DNA of 64,000 nt from an uncultured virus (IMG/VR IMGVR_UViG_3300027816_000062). Taxonomy: Duplodnaviria > Heunggongvirae > Uroviricota > Caudoviricetes. The translations under genes and the position numbers were made by a program. Under the pieces are notes generated by a model. It saw only the letters and a program-made list of their open reading frames with translations. It did not search any database and was not told the DNA's origin. This document shows positions 29,387 through 37,568 of the stretch, one piece after another. Within the stretch, counting starts at the first letter, position 1. The number at the start of each line of letters is the position of its first letter. The stretch lies in IMG/VR virus record IMGVR_UViG_3300027816_000062; one strand, 5' to 3'.

Positions 29387-30016
29387 ATGTTTAATATGAA
29401 TGTGATTCTTTTCAAGAACAATTCTATCGAAGAAAATTATCTTTTCTCTGGTGAAAATTCTGAAGATGTTGCGAAAAAGGCAGAAAGCAAAATGATTGAA
29501 ATTCTTCGTTCAGAAATGTCTAACTTTGACGAATACACGTCGGAAGATATTGACAACATTTTGGAAGATGGATATGAATCCTTTGGAAATGGAGCGGTTT
29601 TTATTACGTGGCCTGACATTGTTGATGTTGATAAGGAGATTGATTCGGAAAATAATTTTGTTTTTCGTGGCACTATTGAATACTCCATCCCGCACATTGA
29701 TTCAGAAGTAGTTCGCCTGTGCGCCGCACTAAATGAGCCCATTGAAGTTGGTCTACAGTGGGAATCACATTATCGCAATGGTAATGGCTACGCTGTCCGC
29801 GTTAATGCAGATATCTACTCAGTTGATGAAGAACTTGCTGCCGAGGAATTTAGTGATTATTGGGATTCAGGATGCGATGATGAAATTCGCTATTCTGGGG
29901 ACTACAATTGGTCCCTTTTGGGCAAAGACTATAAAGAGGCCATCAGTATTCTCCAAAAGTATGTTGATGAGCAAAAGCGTCGTTACCCAGGCTACGATAT
30001 TAGAATTAGCAAATAA
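29387..30016 (+). CDS. hypothetical two-domain protein
   Basis: promoter motif; C-terminal half similar to 19177..19599. Confidence 0.75.
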   Translation: MFNMNVILFKNNSIEENYLFSGENSEDVAKKAESKMIEILRSEMSNFDEYTSEDIDNILEDGYESFGNGAVFITWPDIVDVDKEIDSENNFVFRGTIEYSIPHIDSEVVRLCAALNEPIEVGLQWESHYRNGNGYAVRVNADIYSVDEELAAEEFSDYWDSGCDDEIRYSGDYNWSLLGKDYKEAISILQKYVDEQKRRYPGYDIRISK

Positions 30017-30053
30017 TCCCCTGTTTTCTCTTTCTTGATCGAATATATAAATC

Positions 30054-30476
30054 ATGACAATTGACGGAAAGTTGCTTAAAAGACTAATGTGTAGCAACGA
30101 GGCTTTTGATATTTTGGGTGACATCGTAAGTTGGAATTCTGGAGGTTGCTGGATTCTTGCCGAAGCTCTGCGCCGATTCATTGGCGATCAGGCTACTATC
30201 GTGGCCATCGCTGATGATCGCTGCCAACACCAACATATTGTCGTGAAAGTGGGGAATTTGTATTATGACGCCGACGGAGAGTCGAACGAAGGGCGTCTGC
30301 TGCATCGCTGGATGGATTATGAACGACTCCGTAATCCTCGAATCGTAGGTTTTGATCCAGAACTGGCCGCTGATTTAGAAATTCCTTGCGAAGAAGAACT
30401 TGTAACGCAAGTCTATAACTTGCTGAACTCGCGTCTGAAAAATCCCCTTTTTTCACAATCGGGAGCGCATATATAA
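30054..30476 (+). CDS. hypothetical protein, possible Cys-His-Asp (papain/transglutaminase-like) fold
   Basis: GGC..LA.AL, QH.VV, YYDADG. Confidence 0.55.
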   Translation: MTIDGKLLKRLMCSNEAFDILGDIVSWNSGGCWILAEALRRFIGDQATIVAIADDRCQHQHIVVKVGNLYYDADGESNEGRLLHRWMDYERLRNPRIVGFDPELAADLEIPCEEELVTQVYNLLNSRLKNPLFSQSGAHI

Positions 30477-30479
30477 ATC

Positions 30480-30686
30480 ATGGACCCATTTCTTTTTTAT
30501 TCTACCTATTTTATCTTGGGACTTGGTTTTATGTTCGCATTGATGGCAATCGGAGCGCATCACTATACCAATGGCCCATCTCGTGAACAAGAACAAAAAC
30601 AAAGAATCAAGTTTATTATTCTATCAGTGCTTTTAATAGCTAGTGCAATTTTTCTGGGCCGTTATGCTGCGGGTCTGCTTTTTTGA
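30480..30686 (+). CDS. small membrane protein
   Basis: two TM segments; promoter motif. Confidence 0.7.
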   Translation: MDPFLFYSTYFILGLGFMFALMAIGAHHYTNGPSREQEQKQRIKFIILSVLLIASAIFLGRYAAGLLF

Positions 30687-30752
30687 TTTCATTCTCTTGA
30701 AATGGTTTTAAAAAATCCCCTTTTTTCAGAAAACCAAATCAATATAAAAAAT

Positions 30753-31073
30753 ATGCGAATTCGACCGCAATCCGACCCGAACAAGGAATATCTCATCGAC
30801 TTTTACTACCCGTATGGGAAGCAAGGACACAAGAAGAAGGGCACCAAGACTGTCTGCACTATCTCTGTCGGCCCTGTGGGTAGTCTCGACAAGGACAAGA
30901 CCGAAGTCTCGACCACTACCGTTCGCCGACATAGTACCGATCAGGACAATCTTGTCGTAGCTCGTAATTATGCACTGGCCAAGGCCCTATCCCCGATTGA
31001 AGCTAGTGTCCGACAAGAGATTTGGGAACAGGCTCCGATTCGACGAGCAGACATTTCCCTGGAACTCGACTAA
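30753..31073 (+). CDS. hypothetical phage protein
   Basis: promoter motif; T.CTI..H..D....AR..AL.KAL. Confidence 0.7.
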   Translation: MRIRPQSDPNKEYLIDFYYPYGKQGHKKKGTKTVCTISVGPVGSLDKDKTEVSTTTVRRHSTDQDNLVVARNYALAKALSPIEASVRQEIWEQAPIRRADISLELD

Positions 31074-31200
31074 ACTCCAAAAACATTCTCATTGAGGGAG
31101 AATTTAATCCCTCAATGAGAAAAAACAAAAAACTGCTAACAAAAAGCAGGTGATCGTCGTATAATAAGAGAAGAAACTGAAAAGCACAAAGAGCTATATT

Positions 31201-31323
31201 ATGAATCATCTCTTATCGACGACAATATGTGGAACAACAGGAACCTCAACAAGAGGAATCCTTTCCCTTGGCGTTATCGGCAAGGATAGTGATTCTGATT
31301 CAGGAGAACCCATCGAATCGTAG
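31201..31323 (+). CDS. putative Gly/Thr/Ser-sensing attenuator leader peptide (40 aa)
   Basis: MNHLLSTTICGTTGTSTRGILSLGVIGKDSDSDSGEPIES; codon run GGA ACA ACA GGA ACC TCA ACA AGA GGA; followed by alternative hairpins and tRNA-Gly(UCC), Ser(UGA), Thr(UGU). Confidence 0.75.
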   Translation: MNHLLSTTICGTTGTSTRGILSLGVIGKDSDSDSGEPIES

Positions 31324-31343
31324 CTTTACTGTGATTACAGAAC

Positions 31344-31384
31344 AAAGAGGCTCGATTCGATAAGATCGAGCCTCTTTTCTTTTT
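31344..31384 (+). terminator. attenuator terminator with overlapping antiterminator
   Basis: AAAGAGGCTCGAT/ATCGAGCCTCTTT plus T-run; 31312-31327 can instead pair with 31347-31361. Confidence 0.85.
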
Positions 31385-31513
31385 AGATATGATGTCTGGG
31401 AAGAGAAAGATCGAATATTGAAAATTTCATACAGGTATAGATATAAAAGTGTTAGGGGGTGTTGGATCGATCTTTGATCGCAGGCCTCACCCCCTTGATC
31501 GAGACACATTTTC

Positions 31514-31587
31514 GCGAGATTGGTATATGGGTTGTGCCCTAGCCTTCCAAGCTAGAGAAAAGGGTTCGAATCCCTTATCTCGCTCCA
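31514..31587 (+). tRNA. tRNA-Gly(UCC)
   Basis: cloverleaf, CTAGC-CTTCCAA-GCTAG, TCCA end. Confidence 0.92.
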
Positions 31588-31638
31588 ATTTAAGACACAT
31601 TTCTTTGTGCTGCCAATGGGCAGCTTTCAAAAGAAAAC

Positions 31639-31725
31639 GGATGGGTGACAGAGCGATCTATTGTAGCGGTCTTGAAAACCGCCGTGCCAAAAGCACCGTG
31701 GGTTTGAATCCCACCCCATCCTCCA
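31639..31725 (+). tRNA. tRNA-Ser(UGA)
   Basis: cloverleaf, GCGGT-CTTGAAA-ACCGC, variable arm, CCA. Confidence 0.9.
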
Positions 31726-31823
31726 TTTTGTAACAAAATCATAAAATTCAAAGCAGGTGTAGCTCAGTGGTAGAGCGCCCGCCGCGAAGGTTGATGGTTG
31801 CAATATCGATAAATAGATTATGT

Positions 31824-32240
31824 ATGGCAATAACAAAATACAAAGGAGCCGTCGGGCTAACTAATGTAATGGCCTGTCTTGTCAATCAAAAAGCAAAAAT
31901 CTTTGTTCCAATAGACGAAGACTGTCAATATGACCTGGTGGTAGATTATCAAAATTATCTTTACAGAGTGCAAGTTAAATATGCTGAGGCAAAAAATGGC
32001 AAGATCGTTGTAAAGACGCGCTCAACGAATAACTATTGTGAAATTCGTTATACTAAAGATCATTTTGACGTGATTGCTGTTTGGGACAATGTTGGCAAAA
32101 AAGCATATTTTATTTCATCGAATTTAATCACAGAAGGAATGACGGAAATGACCTTGAGATTAGATGCACCAAAAAACAATCAAACTAAAAACATAAGATT
32201 GGCTCGTAATTATGAGCAATTTAATGCTGCGGTCGCATAG
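31824..32240 (+). CDS. PD-(D/E)XK homing-type endonuclease (group I intron-associated family)
   Basis: KG..G, P.DE...YDLVVD.....RVQVKY, Y....FD. Confidence 0.85.
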   Translation: MAITKYKGAVGLTNVMACLVNQKAKIFVPIDEDCQYDLVVDYQNYLYRVQVKYAEAKNGKIVVKTRSTNNYCEIRYTKDHFDVIAVWDNVGKKAYFISSNLITEGMTEMTLRLDAPKNNQTKNIRLARNYEQFNAAVA

Positions 32241-32308
32241 TGGTCGATTGCACCTCTCTTGTAAAGAGGAACTCCACACCGTGGGTTCGAATCCCACCCG
32301 TAGCTCCA
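32226..32308 (+). tRNA. tRNA-Thr(UGU)
   Basis: GCTGCGG/CCGTAGC, CCTCT-CTTGTAA-AGAGG, TCCA; 11-nt variable region. Confidence 0.88.
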
Positions 32309-32422
32309 TTTTTCGCACATATGTGTCAGGGGTTCGAATCCCCTCTCCTGCTTTGAGTTGAGTGATGATATCCGATCATAAAAAATCCCCCTTTTTCTCA
32401 ATAGTGATCGGATATATAAAGT

Positions 32423-33022
32423 ATTGCTGTGAGCTAAATCAATTGACACAGCATGATGAAACCAAAATCATCTAAAAACAATAAGGTGCTCCATATACGT
32501 CTGGGAAAGATAAATTAGACGTGGACACACTGTGATGTGGACTAATCACAGCGCACTGGGGCATGTGTGCAAGCCCGAAAAGCCTATCTTTACTGATATA
32601 GTTAAAGAGAAAGAGCAGAGAGTTAAGGCTTAAAATAAACTCCATGCGTTCGTAAGGATGAACTCAAAGACGAGTTCAGTTATGACTAGGATACGAGAGG
32701 AGGGAGGCAATGAGTTTCTCTCCTCTCCCCGACAAAGCGATTTCCGACTGCTCATCGGAGAAGTGATCTAGTAAAACACTCAGAAAAACACTAGCGTAGG
32801 AAATGCGTTAATCCCTGATTTTTTATCGGTTTTTAGAGACAAAAAACTGTTCGTATAGGGCTTGCGGTAAGCCTCTTGTTTTAGCTAGGTGATCCTGTAT
32901 GTAAAAACCAAGCGGATGGAACAAATCAATTTGTTTTCGCGAGCAAATGATCCATTGACTTTGGGGAACAGCGTAAGAACGTTTCGCCATGAGGCTTTGA
33001 GCAAAGTCTCGTTCCCCAAAAA
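32423..33022 (+). ncRNA. large highly structured ncRNA (~600 nt), possibly ROOL/GOLLD-like
   Basis: no credible ORF, begins at promoter motif, more than 10 helices, abuts tRNA-Asp. Confidence 0.7.
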
Positions 33023-33034
33023 TAAAAAGATTCT

Positions 33035-33111
33035 GGGTATGTAGTTCAGTTGGTTAGAGCACCTGCCTGTCACGCAGGAAGTCGCGAGTTCAAGTCTCGT
33101 CATATCCGCCA
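33035..33111 (+). tRNA. tRNA-Asp(GUC)
   Basis: cloverleaf, CCTGC-CTGTCAC-GCAGG, GCCA. Confidence 0.94.
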
Positions 33112-33131
33112 AAATTTCCAAAGGAGACAAA

Positions 33132-33347
33132 ATGAATAGACAAATAGAAAGCCTCGATCATCTGGTGTCTCTTGGGCTACTGACATCATATGAGTTTGTA
33201 AACGTGTCAGCCAATAACATTGAGGGCGAGATTTCAGAACATCATAATTCTGATCGATTGAAACTCATATTCCCGAATGGGTTGGAAGTGAAGATCACTG
33301 CGATCACAACAGGCATGGAAGAAGATGCTCTTTTGAGATTGGAATAA
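33132..33347 (+). CDS. hypothetical protein
   Basis: AAGGAG SD. Confidence 0.7.
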   Translation: MNRQIESLDHLVSLGLLTSYEFVNVSANNIEGEISEHHNSDRLKLIFPNGLEVKITAITTGMEEDALLRLE

Positions 33348-33387
33348 AAATCCCCCATTTTCAGAAGAGTGATCGGATATAAGAAGT

Positions 33388-33645
33388 ATGGAAGCAAAGA
33401 TTTATCGCCAGGCTCATCCCCAGGATGAAAATCGTCTTTCTGTTGCCGCTGATATTTTTGCACGGCGGCACCGCCTTGAGATTTCTCACCACAGCGATTT
33501 GAACTACACTGATCTAACTGGGGCAAACAATTTGGCTTTCCTTTGGGAACGCGCAAAGTGCCGAGCATTACTTATGCCCTTGAAGATCAGTGAAAAGCAT
33601 CAAATTTGGCTTGAGAACGACAAAATTGTTCTGACTCCTTACTGA
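33388..33645 (+). CDS. hypothetical protein
   Basis: promoter motif upstream. Confidence 0.7.
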   Translation: MEAKIYRQAHPQDENRLSVAADIFARRHRLEISHHSDLNYTDLTGANNLAFLWERAKCRALLMPLKISEKHQIWLENDKIVLTPY

Positions 33646-33695
33646 CAATGGTCCCGCTTGGGAACACTATCGGCAAGACCAATCGTAGAACAAGT

Positions 33696-33986
33696 ATGAA
33701 TAGTTCAGACAACATTCTTCAGGAACAAGAAATCGAAAGAATTCTCACGTCATTTATCCAATCGCGAAATCGACAAGAAAGAGAATGCTCATTGGAGGAA
33801 TGCCAAGGGATTATTAATTGGGCAGCTGAAGTTATTGTGAATTACACAGCCTTGCAGCTTTTATTAAAAGGTCATGCGGAAATCGAAGATTTTGATGGTG
33901 ATGATGTTCGTCTCACCACTCCCGAAAACATTCAGTTTCATACTCCGCTGATGAATCAAATCGCGAGGCAAATTGAAGAACTTTAA
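33696..33986 (+). CDS. hypothetical protein
   Basis: ORF in array; start uncertain. Confidence 0.6.
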   Translation: MNSSDNILQEQEIERILTSFIQSRNRQERECSLEECQGIINWAAEVIVNYTALQLLLKGHAEIEDFDGDDVRLTTPENIQFHTPLMNQIARQIEEL

Positions 33987-34167
33987 TAATTGATTTTCCA
34001 ACGAAGCACCTTGGCAAGAGCTTTTTCTAACAGTTTTGGCTCCATGCCAAGAAGGACACGTGCCCTGAAACCACGTGTTAATGCTGAAAATATGGGGACA
34101 ATCGGGAGAGACCGATAAAAAATCCCTCTTTTTTGGGGAATGAAATTCATATAAGAAATGTGAAGTG

Positions 34168-34435
34168 AAAGAAAAGTAAAAAGTTCGCCCGAATTAAATA
34201 TCGGAACAATCCTTTCCTGAAGAGGTTTAGCACTAATTAGGATTAAAGACACTTGGAGTGGGAACTCTGTTTGAAAGAAGTAACATATACCCCGCAATGG
34301 TAACAGACCTACCACCGAGGCGAAAAATTGCTAGATAAATGGAAATCTAGCTCAACGAGCACAGACACCTTGTAGCTAAAAGCGTCGCATGTGAGAGCCA
34401 TTGCGGAAGTGGTGTGACAATCGGGAGAGACCGAT
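34168..34435 (+). ncRNA. putative structured ncRNA, motif shared with 58420-58614
   Basis: TTCGCCCGAATTAAATATCGGA...ACCACCGAGGCGAAAAATT present twice; follows promoter motif. Confidence 0.6.
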
Positions 34436-34542
34436 AAAAAATCCCCTTTTTTCGAGGGATAAAACAATATAAAAGATATCAGTGCAGTGCGGAGTGATAG
34501 CTACACGAAGCACCTGGAAAAGCTAACCAGAGACACTGTGAT

Positions 34543-34627
34543 GCTACGGTGGTGTATAGAGCACAGCAGAACGAATTGACCTCGGTCATGCAGGGACGCA
34601 GGAGGCGACTTCGCTCGCCCCGTAGCT
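34543..34627 (+). ncRNA. tRNA-like RNA without canonical anticodon arm
   Basis: GCTACGG/CCGTAGC, GTGT/GCAC D-like arm, GGCGA/TCGCC T-like arm. Confidence 0.5.
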
Positions 34628-34637
34628 ATAATTTTTC

Positions 34638-34725
34638 GGAGAGTAAACCAGTCAAGGATTGGGGCATCCTGGAAAGATGATCGGATGTGCGAACATCTAC
34701 GGGGCAGGTCCGTTGCTCTCCTCCA
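34638..34725 (+). tRNA. non-canonical 8/4-fold tRNA-Ser(GGA)
   Basis: 8-bp acceptor GGAGAGTA/TGCTCTCC, 6-bp D stem, CATC-CTGGAAA-GATG, long variable arm, 4-bp T stem, TCCA. Confidence 0.75.
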
Positions 34726-34742
34726 TTTTCATTCAAAAGAAC

Positions 34743-34828
34743 GGAACGTAATCCCGACAGGTGCTGGGCGATGTTTGCTAAACAATCGGCTTTGTAAAAG
34801 AAGTGGGGTTCGAGTCCTCTGCGTTCCT
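34743..34828 (+). tRNA. non-canonical 8/4-fold tRNA-Ser(GCU)
   Basis: 8-bp acceptor GGAACGTA/TGCGTTCC, TGT-TTGCTAA-ACA, variable arm, GGGG-TTCGAGT-CCTC; no encoded CCA. Confidence 0.72.
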
Positions 34829-34873
34829 AAAAAAATCCCCCTTTCTTTTTGTTCCTGGAGTGATATATAAAAC

Positions 34874-35074
34874 ATGAAAGATTTTGAAGACGTGGTTTTT
34901 GGAAGTTCCGATGAATGGAATGGGGCAGCTGGTATTGTGCCTGAGGACAAGTTTTACGTTTCTTATCCCGATTGTTCCATTCAGATTTGCGACACCGAAG
35001 GAGAGTGTGCGGCAATTCAAAGAGAATTCCGTGTTATGCACCGCCGAAACCCGATCACTGGCGAAGCAACTTAA
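34874..35074 (+). CDS. hypothetical protein
   Basis: promoter motif upstream. Confidence 0.7.
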   Translation: MKDFEDVVFGSSDEWNGAAGIVPEDKFYVSYPDCSIQICDTEGECAAIQREFRVMHRRNPITGEAT

Positions 35075-35114
35075 AAATCCCCTTTCTTTCGTGGCCTAAT
35101 CGGATATATAAGAT

Positions 35115-35297
35115 ATGGAACGAGACTACCAAGTTGATATTAGTGCCACGGCTGTGGTGCGAACCTGTGTTGAAGTTCGGGCTTCCAGCCCCGAAGAGGC
35201 CGTAGGCTTGGCCATCGAAGTTGCTGAAAGCGGCAACGTGATCTGGAAGTATGACGGCGTAAACGATGGGACTATGATCGTTTTTAACGTGGAATAA
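35115..35297 (+). CDS. hypothetical protein
   Basis: promoter motif upstream. Confidence 0.7.
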   Translation: MERDYQVDISATAVVRTCVEVRASSPEEAVGLAIEVAESGNVIWKYDGVNDGTMIVFNVE

Positions 35298-35338
35298 AAA
35301 ATCCCCTTTTTGTTCACAAGCAAAATCATATAAAAGAC

Positions 35339-35689
35339 ATGGGAAACACATCTTACAAACCCACGCTCGGATTCTATATCACTTTTGGTATTTTGAATCT
35401 TGTCACTTCGATTTTTTCAGGCTACGCCGTCTCGACTCTCTGGGAATGGTTTGTTGTTCCCCTTGGGGTTCCTAGCATCGGGCTTTTTCATGCGATTGGG
35501 CTCGTTGTCTTGGGGACTGTGTTCACGATGGGAATCACCCAAGTTCTTGCGATTCTTAACATGAACACTAGCGAGAATGTTTCACCAGAAGAGAGTTACA
35601 CTCGTTTGAATGTTGTCCTCGGGTTTGTTGGCATTATGCTTCCCGCAATTGCTCTTGGCTCGGGATACATCTGCAAGATTTTGATGTAA
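35339..35689 (+). CDS. membrane protein, related to 36514..36882
   Basis: three TM segments; LW.WF..P.G motif. Confidence 0.75.
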   Translation: MGNTSYKPTLGFYITFGILNLVTSIFSGYAVSTLWEWFVVPLGVPSIGLFHAIGLVVLGTVFTMGITQVLAILNMNTSENVSPEESYTRLNVVLGFVGIMLPAIALGSGYICKILM

Positions 35690-35734
35690 AACATTATCCA
35701 GGGGGAGTAATTCCCCCTGGAAGCGAGCATAAAC

Positions 35735-36001
35735 ATGAAATTCAAAGTTTGCAACATTCAACATGGCGAAGAAGATTTTTGTGTCATGGTGTCTATTCAT
35801 CAAGACCCGATCAGTGATCTGACCGTAGTGCAATGCTTGGATTATGATATTGCTTCACAAGGCAAAACCGAAGAAGCTGCGATGATTCGATTTGAGCGAT
35901 GTTTTATTGTCGCTATCGAAGCCTTTGAAAAATACGGCGTGAACTTTCGAGAAAGTCTTGCTGAAGCTCCGCCCGAATACTGGAAAGGCTGCCCGATTTA
36001 A
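35735..36001 (+). CDS. HicB-like fold protein
   Basis: VVQCLDYDIASQGKTEEAA resembles the HicB N-terminal motif. Confidence 0.55.
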   Translation: MKFKVCNIQHGEEDFCVMVSIHQDPISDLTVVQCLDYDIASQGKTEEAAMIRFERCFIVAIEAFEKYGVNFRESLAEAPPEYWKGCPI

Positions 36002-36076
36002 GCTGATATGGCGCAGTGGTAGCGCATCTCCTTGGTAAGGAGAAGGCCGCGAGTTCAAATCTCGCTATCAGCTCCA
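36002..36076 (+). tRNA. tRNA-Thr(GGU)
   Basis: cloverleaf, TCTCC-TTGGTAA-GGAGA, TCCA. Confidence 0.94.
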
Positions 36077-36118
36077 AAAAATCCCCCATTTTCTAAACTC
36101 TTATCGGATATATAAGAT

Positions 36119-36460
36119 ATGAGCAATTACATCAAGAAGGCAGATGAAATTTACAAAGCAATCGAAGACCTGAGCCGAAATGACGATGGAGTTGAACGAT
36201 TTAAGAAAGCCGAAGAAGATGATCTGATTGACGTTGAGGTTTATGGCAAGGACTTTCGTCACGCAAAGCATGGTGAAGGATGCTATGTTCTGCAAATCAC
36301 GATTTGCGATAAGGATTATTGCGCCGTTTGGTTCAACACTGTTGGCGGCGATTGGATTGAAATCAATCACTATGAATTTTCCGAATGGCGTCAGCTATAC
36401 AAGAAGTATATTTCCAACACTTCTAATGATATTTTGGGCGATGATTTGGTGACCAATTGA
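36119..36460 (+). CDS. hypothetical protein
   Basis: promoter motif upstream. Confidence 0.7.
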   Translation: MSNYIKKADEIYKAIEDLSRNDDGVERFKKAEEDDLIDVEVYGKDFRHAKHGEGCYVLQITICDKDYCAVWFNTVGGDWIEINHYEFSEWRQLYKKYISNTSNDILGDDLVTN

Positions 36461-36513
36461 AAATCGGGTAAAAAAATCCCCTTTTTTCATTCAATCAGAA
36501 TCATATAAGAAAT

Positions 36514-36882
36514 ATGGGTAATGATCCTGTAGTAATCAAAGTTCGGGCGTCGGCCTTTTTCGGATTTCTTTTCATGTCTGTTTTGGTGGGCATCTATCGA
36601 GCCTTCGTACTGACTCAAATTTGGCTTTGGTTTGCCACCCCTCATGGAGCCACGCCTTTGACGATCTTCCAGGCTATTGTGATTATGCTTGTAACCTCAC
36701 TTCTGTCATATTCCAAGTCATTGTCAAATACTCAATATAAAGTCGAAGAAAAGACTGAGACTAAGCCGAATGAAAAGTTCAATGATTTTGTGAGTATTCT
36801 TTACAGCAATCTCAACTCTTCCCTAGTGTTGATCACGTTCGTTTACATCACTTGTTTCGCCATCTACAAACTGGCCCCCTAA
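36514..36882 (+). CDS. membrane protein, related to 35339..35689
   Basis: TM segments; IW.WF..P.G motif. Confidence 0.75.
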   Translation: MGNDPVVIKVRASAFFGFLFMSVLVGIYRAFVLTQIWLWFATPHGATPLTIFQAIVIMLVTSLLSYSKSLSNTQYKVEEKTETKPNEKFNDFVSILYSNLNSSLVLITFVYITCFAIYKLAP

Positions 36883-36930
36883 AAGATTTGTCCCCTGTAA
36901 ACCAGGGGGCAAACTCCCCATAATATCACC

Positions 36931-37191
36931 ATGAATTCAGAAACCGAAAAGCAAGAAAGTATTCTTGTCGTGAAAGATCACAAGACGCTCAGAAATCATC
37001 CCGTGCCCGTGCTGAAAGCCTGGTTGAATAGATTTGTTGAGAATGGAGATCAAGTGACAATCAAACAAGTGGACGATGACATTCTATTTACTTGTCCTAA
37101 TCGATCACTTGAATTTTATGTTCTTAAACTTTGTGATGTGATCGATGAATTTGGATTTGCAAAAACACTCTTCCCCGAGGACACGATCTAA
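36931..37191 (+). CDS. hypothetical protein
   Basis: ORF in array. Confidence 0.65.
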   Translation: MNSETEKQESILVVKDHKTLRNHPVPVLKAWLNRFVENGDQVTIKQVDDDILFTCPNRSLEFYVLKLCDVIDEFGFAKTLFPEDTI

Positions 37192-37235
37192 AAAATCCCC
37201 CTTTTTTGCACGACGAAACAGATATATAAAAAGTA

Positions 37236-37430
37236 ATGGTAATTTTCAACAAAGGTGATCGAGTTCAAATCTCCGCAAAAGAATCCACTTCCGTGGATGA
37301 ATGGGGTAGAATCTCCTCGACTGGAACCGTGGAAAGCAACATCCCAGACCAAAATGGCGAAATCTTAGTGCATGCTGATGGCCTTTTGGCTATGATTAGT
37401 GTTCTGCCTACAGAATTGACGAAAATCTAA
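37236..37430 (+). CDS. small SH3/KOW-like protein
   Basis: F.KGDRV.I...GTV pattern; promoter motif. Confidence 0.6.
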   Translation: MVIFNKGDRVQISAKESTSVDEWGRISSTGTVESNIPDQNGEILVHADGLLAMISVLPTELTKI

Positions 37431-37448
37431 AACAACGTAAAACACCTT

Positions 37449-37526
37449 GGGGGTGTAGCTTAGTTGGACTAAAGCAAACCGCTCATAACGGTTAGATCGT
37501 GGGATCGTAGCCCACCGCCCCCACCA
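37449..37526 (+). tRNA. tRNA with CAU anticodon (probably Ile2, otherwise elongator Met)
   Basis: cloverleaf, AACCG-CTCATAA-CGGTT, ACCA. Confidence 0.88.
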
Positions 37527-37568
37527 AATTTCCCCTTTTTTCACCCGATCAGAATCATATAATAGATA

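Larger units (their letters stand above)
31753..32352 (+). pseudogene. split tRNA gene: 5' half 31753-31790, 3' half 32310-32352, separated by endonuclease gene and tRNA-Thr
   Basis: GCAGGTGTAGCTCAGTGGTAGAGC and GTCAGGGGTTCGAATCCCCTCTCCTGCT form one acceptor stem. Confidence 0.7.

Noticed and set aside
31449..31507. Separate small RNA gene (AGGGGGTG/CACCCCCT hairpin)
   Set aside because: A single hairpin in the tRNA precursor leader is too little support to call a gene
31449..31836. ORFs 31449..31733 and 31627..31836, and likewise 25578..25838, 34685..34870, 51724..51957, 52689..52925
   Set aside because: They overlap tRNA genes and are shadow ORFs
32226..32308. tRNA-Tyr(GUA)
   Set aside because: The 7-nt loop CTTGTAA places TGT at positions 34-36, so it is Thr
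32423..33022. tmRNA or RNase P RNA
   Set aside because: No GGGG..TCCACCA tRNA-like ends or tag ORF, and no GAGGAAAGTCC P4 signature seen
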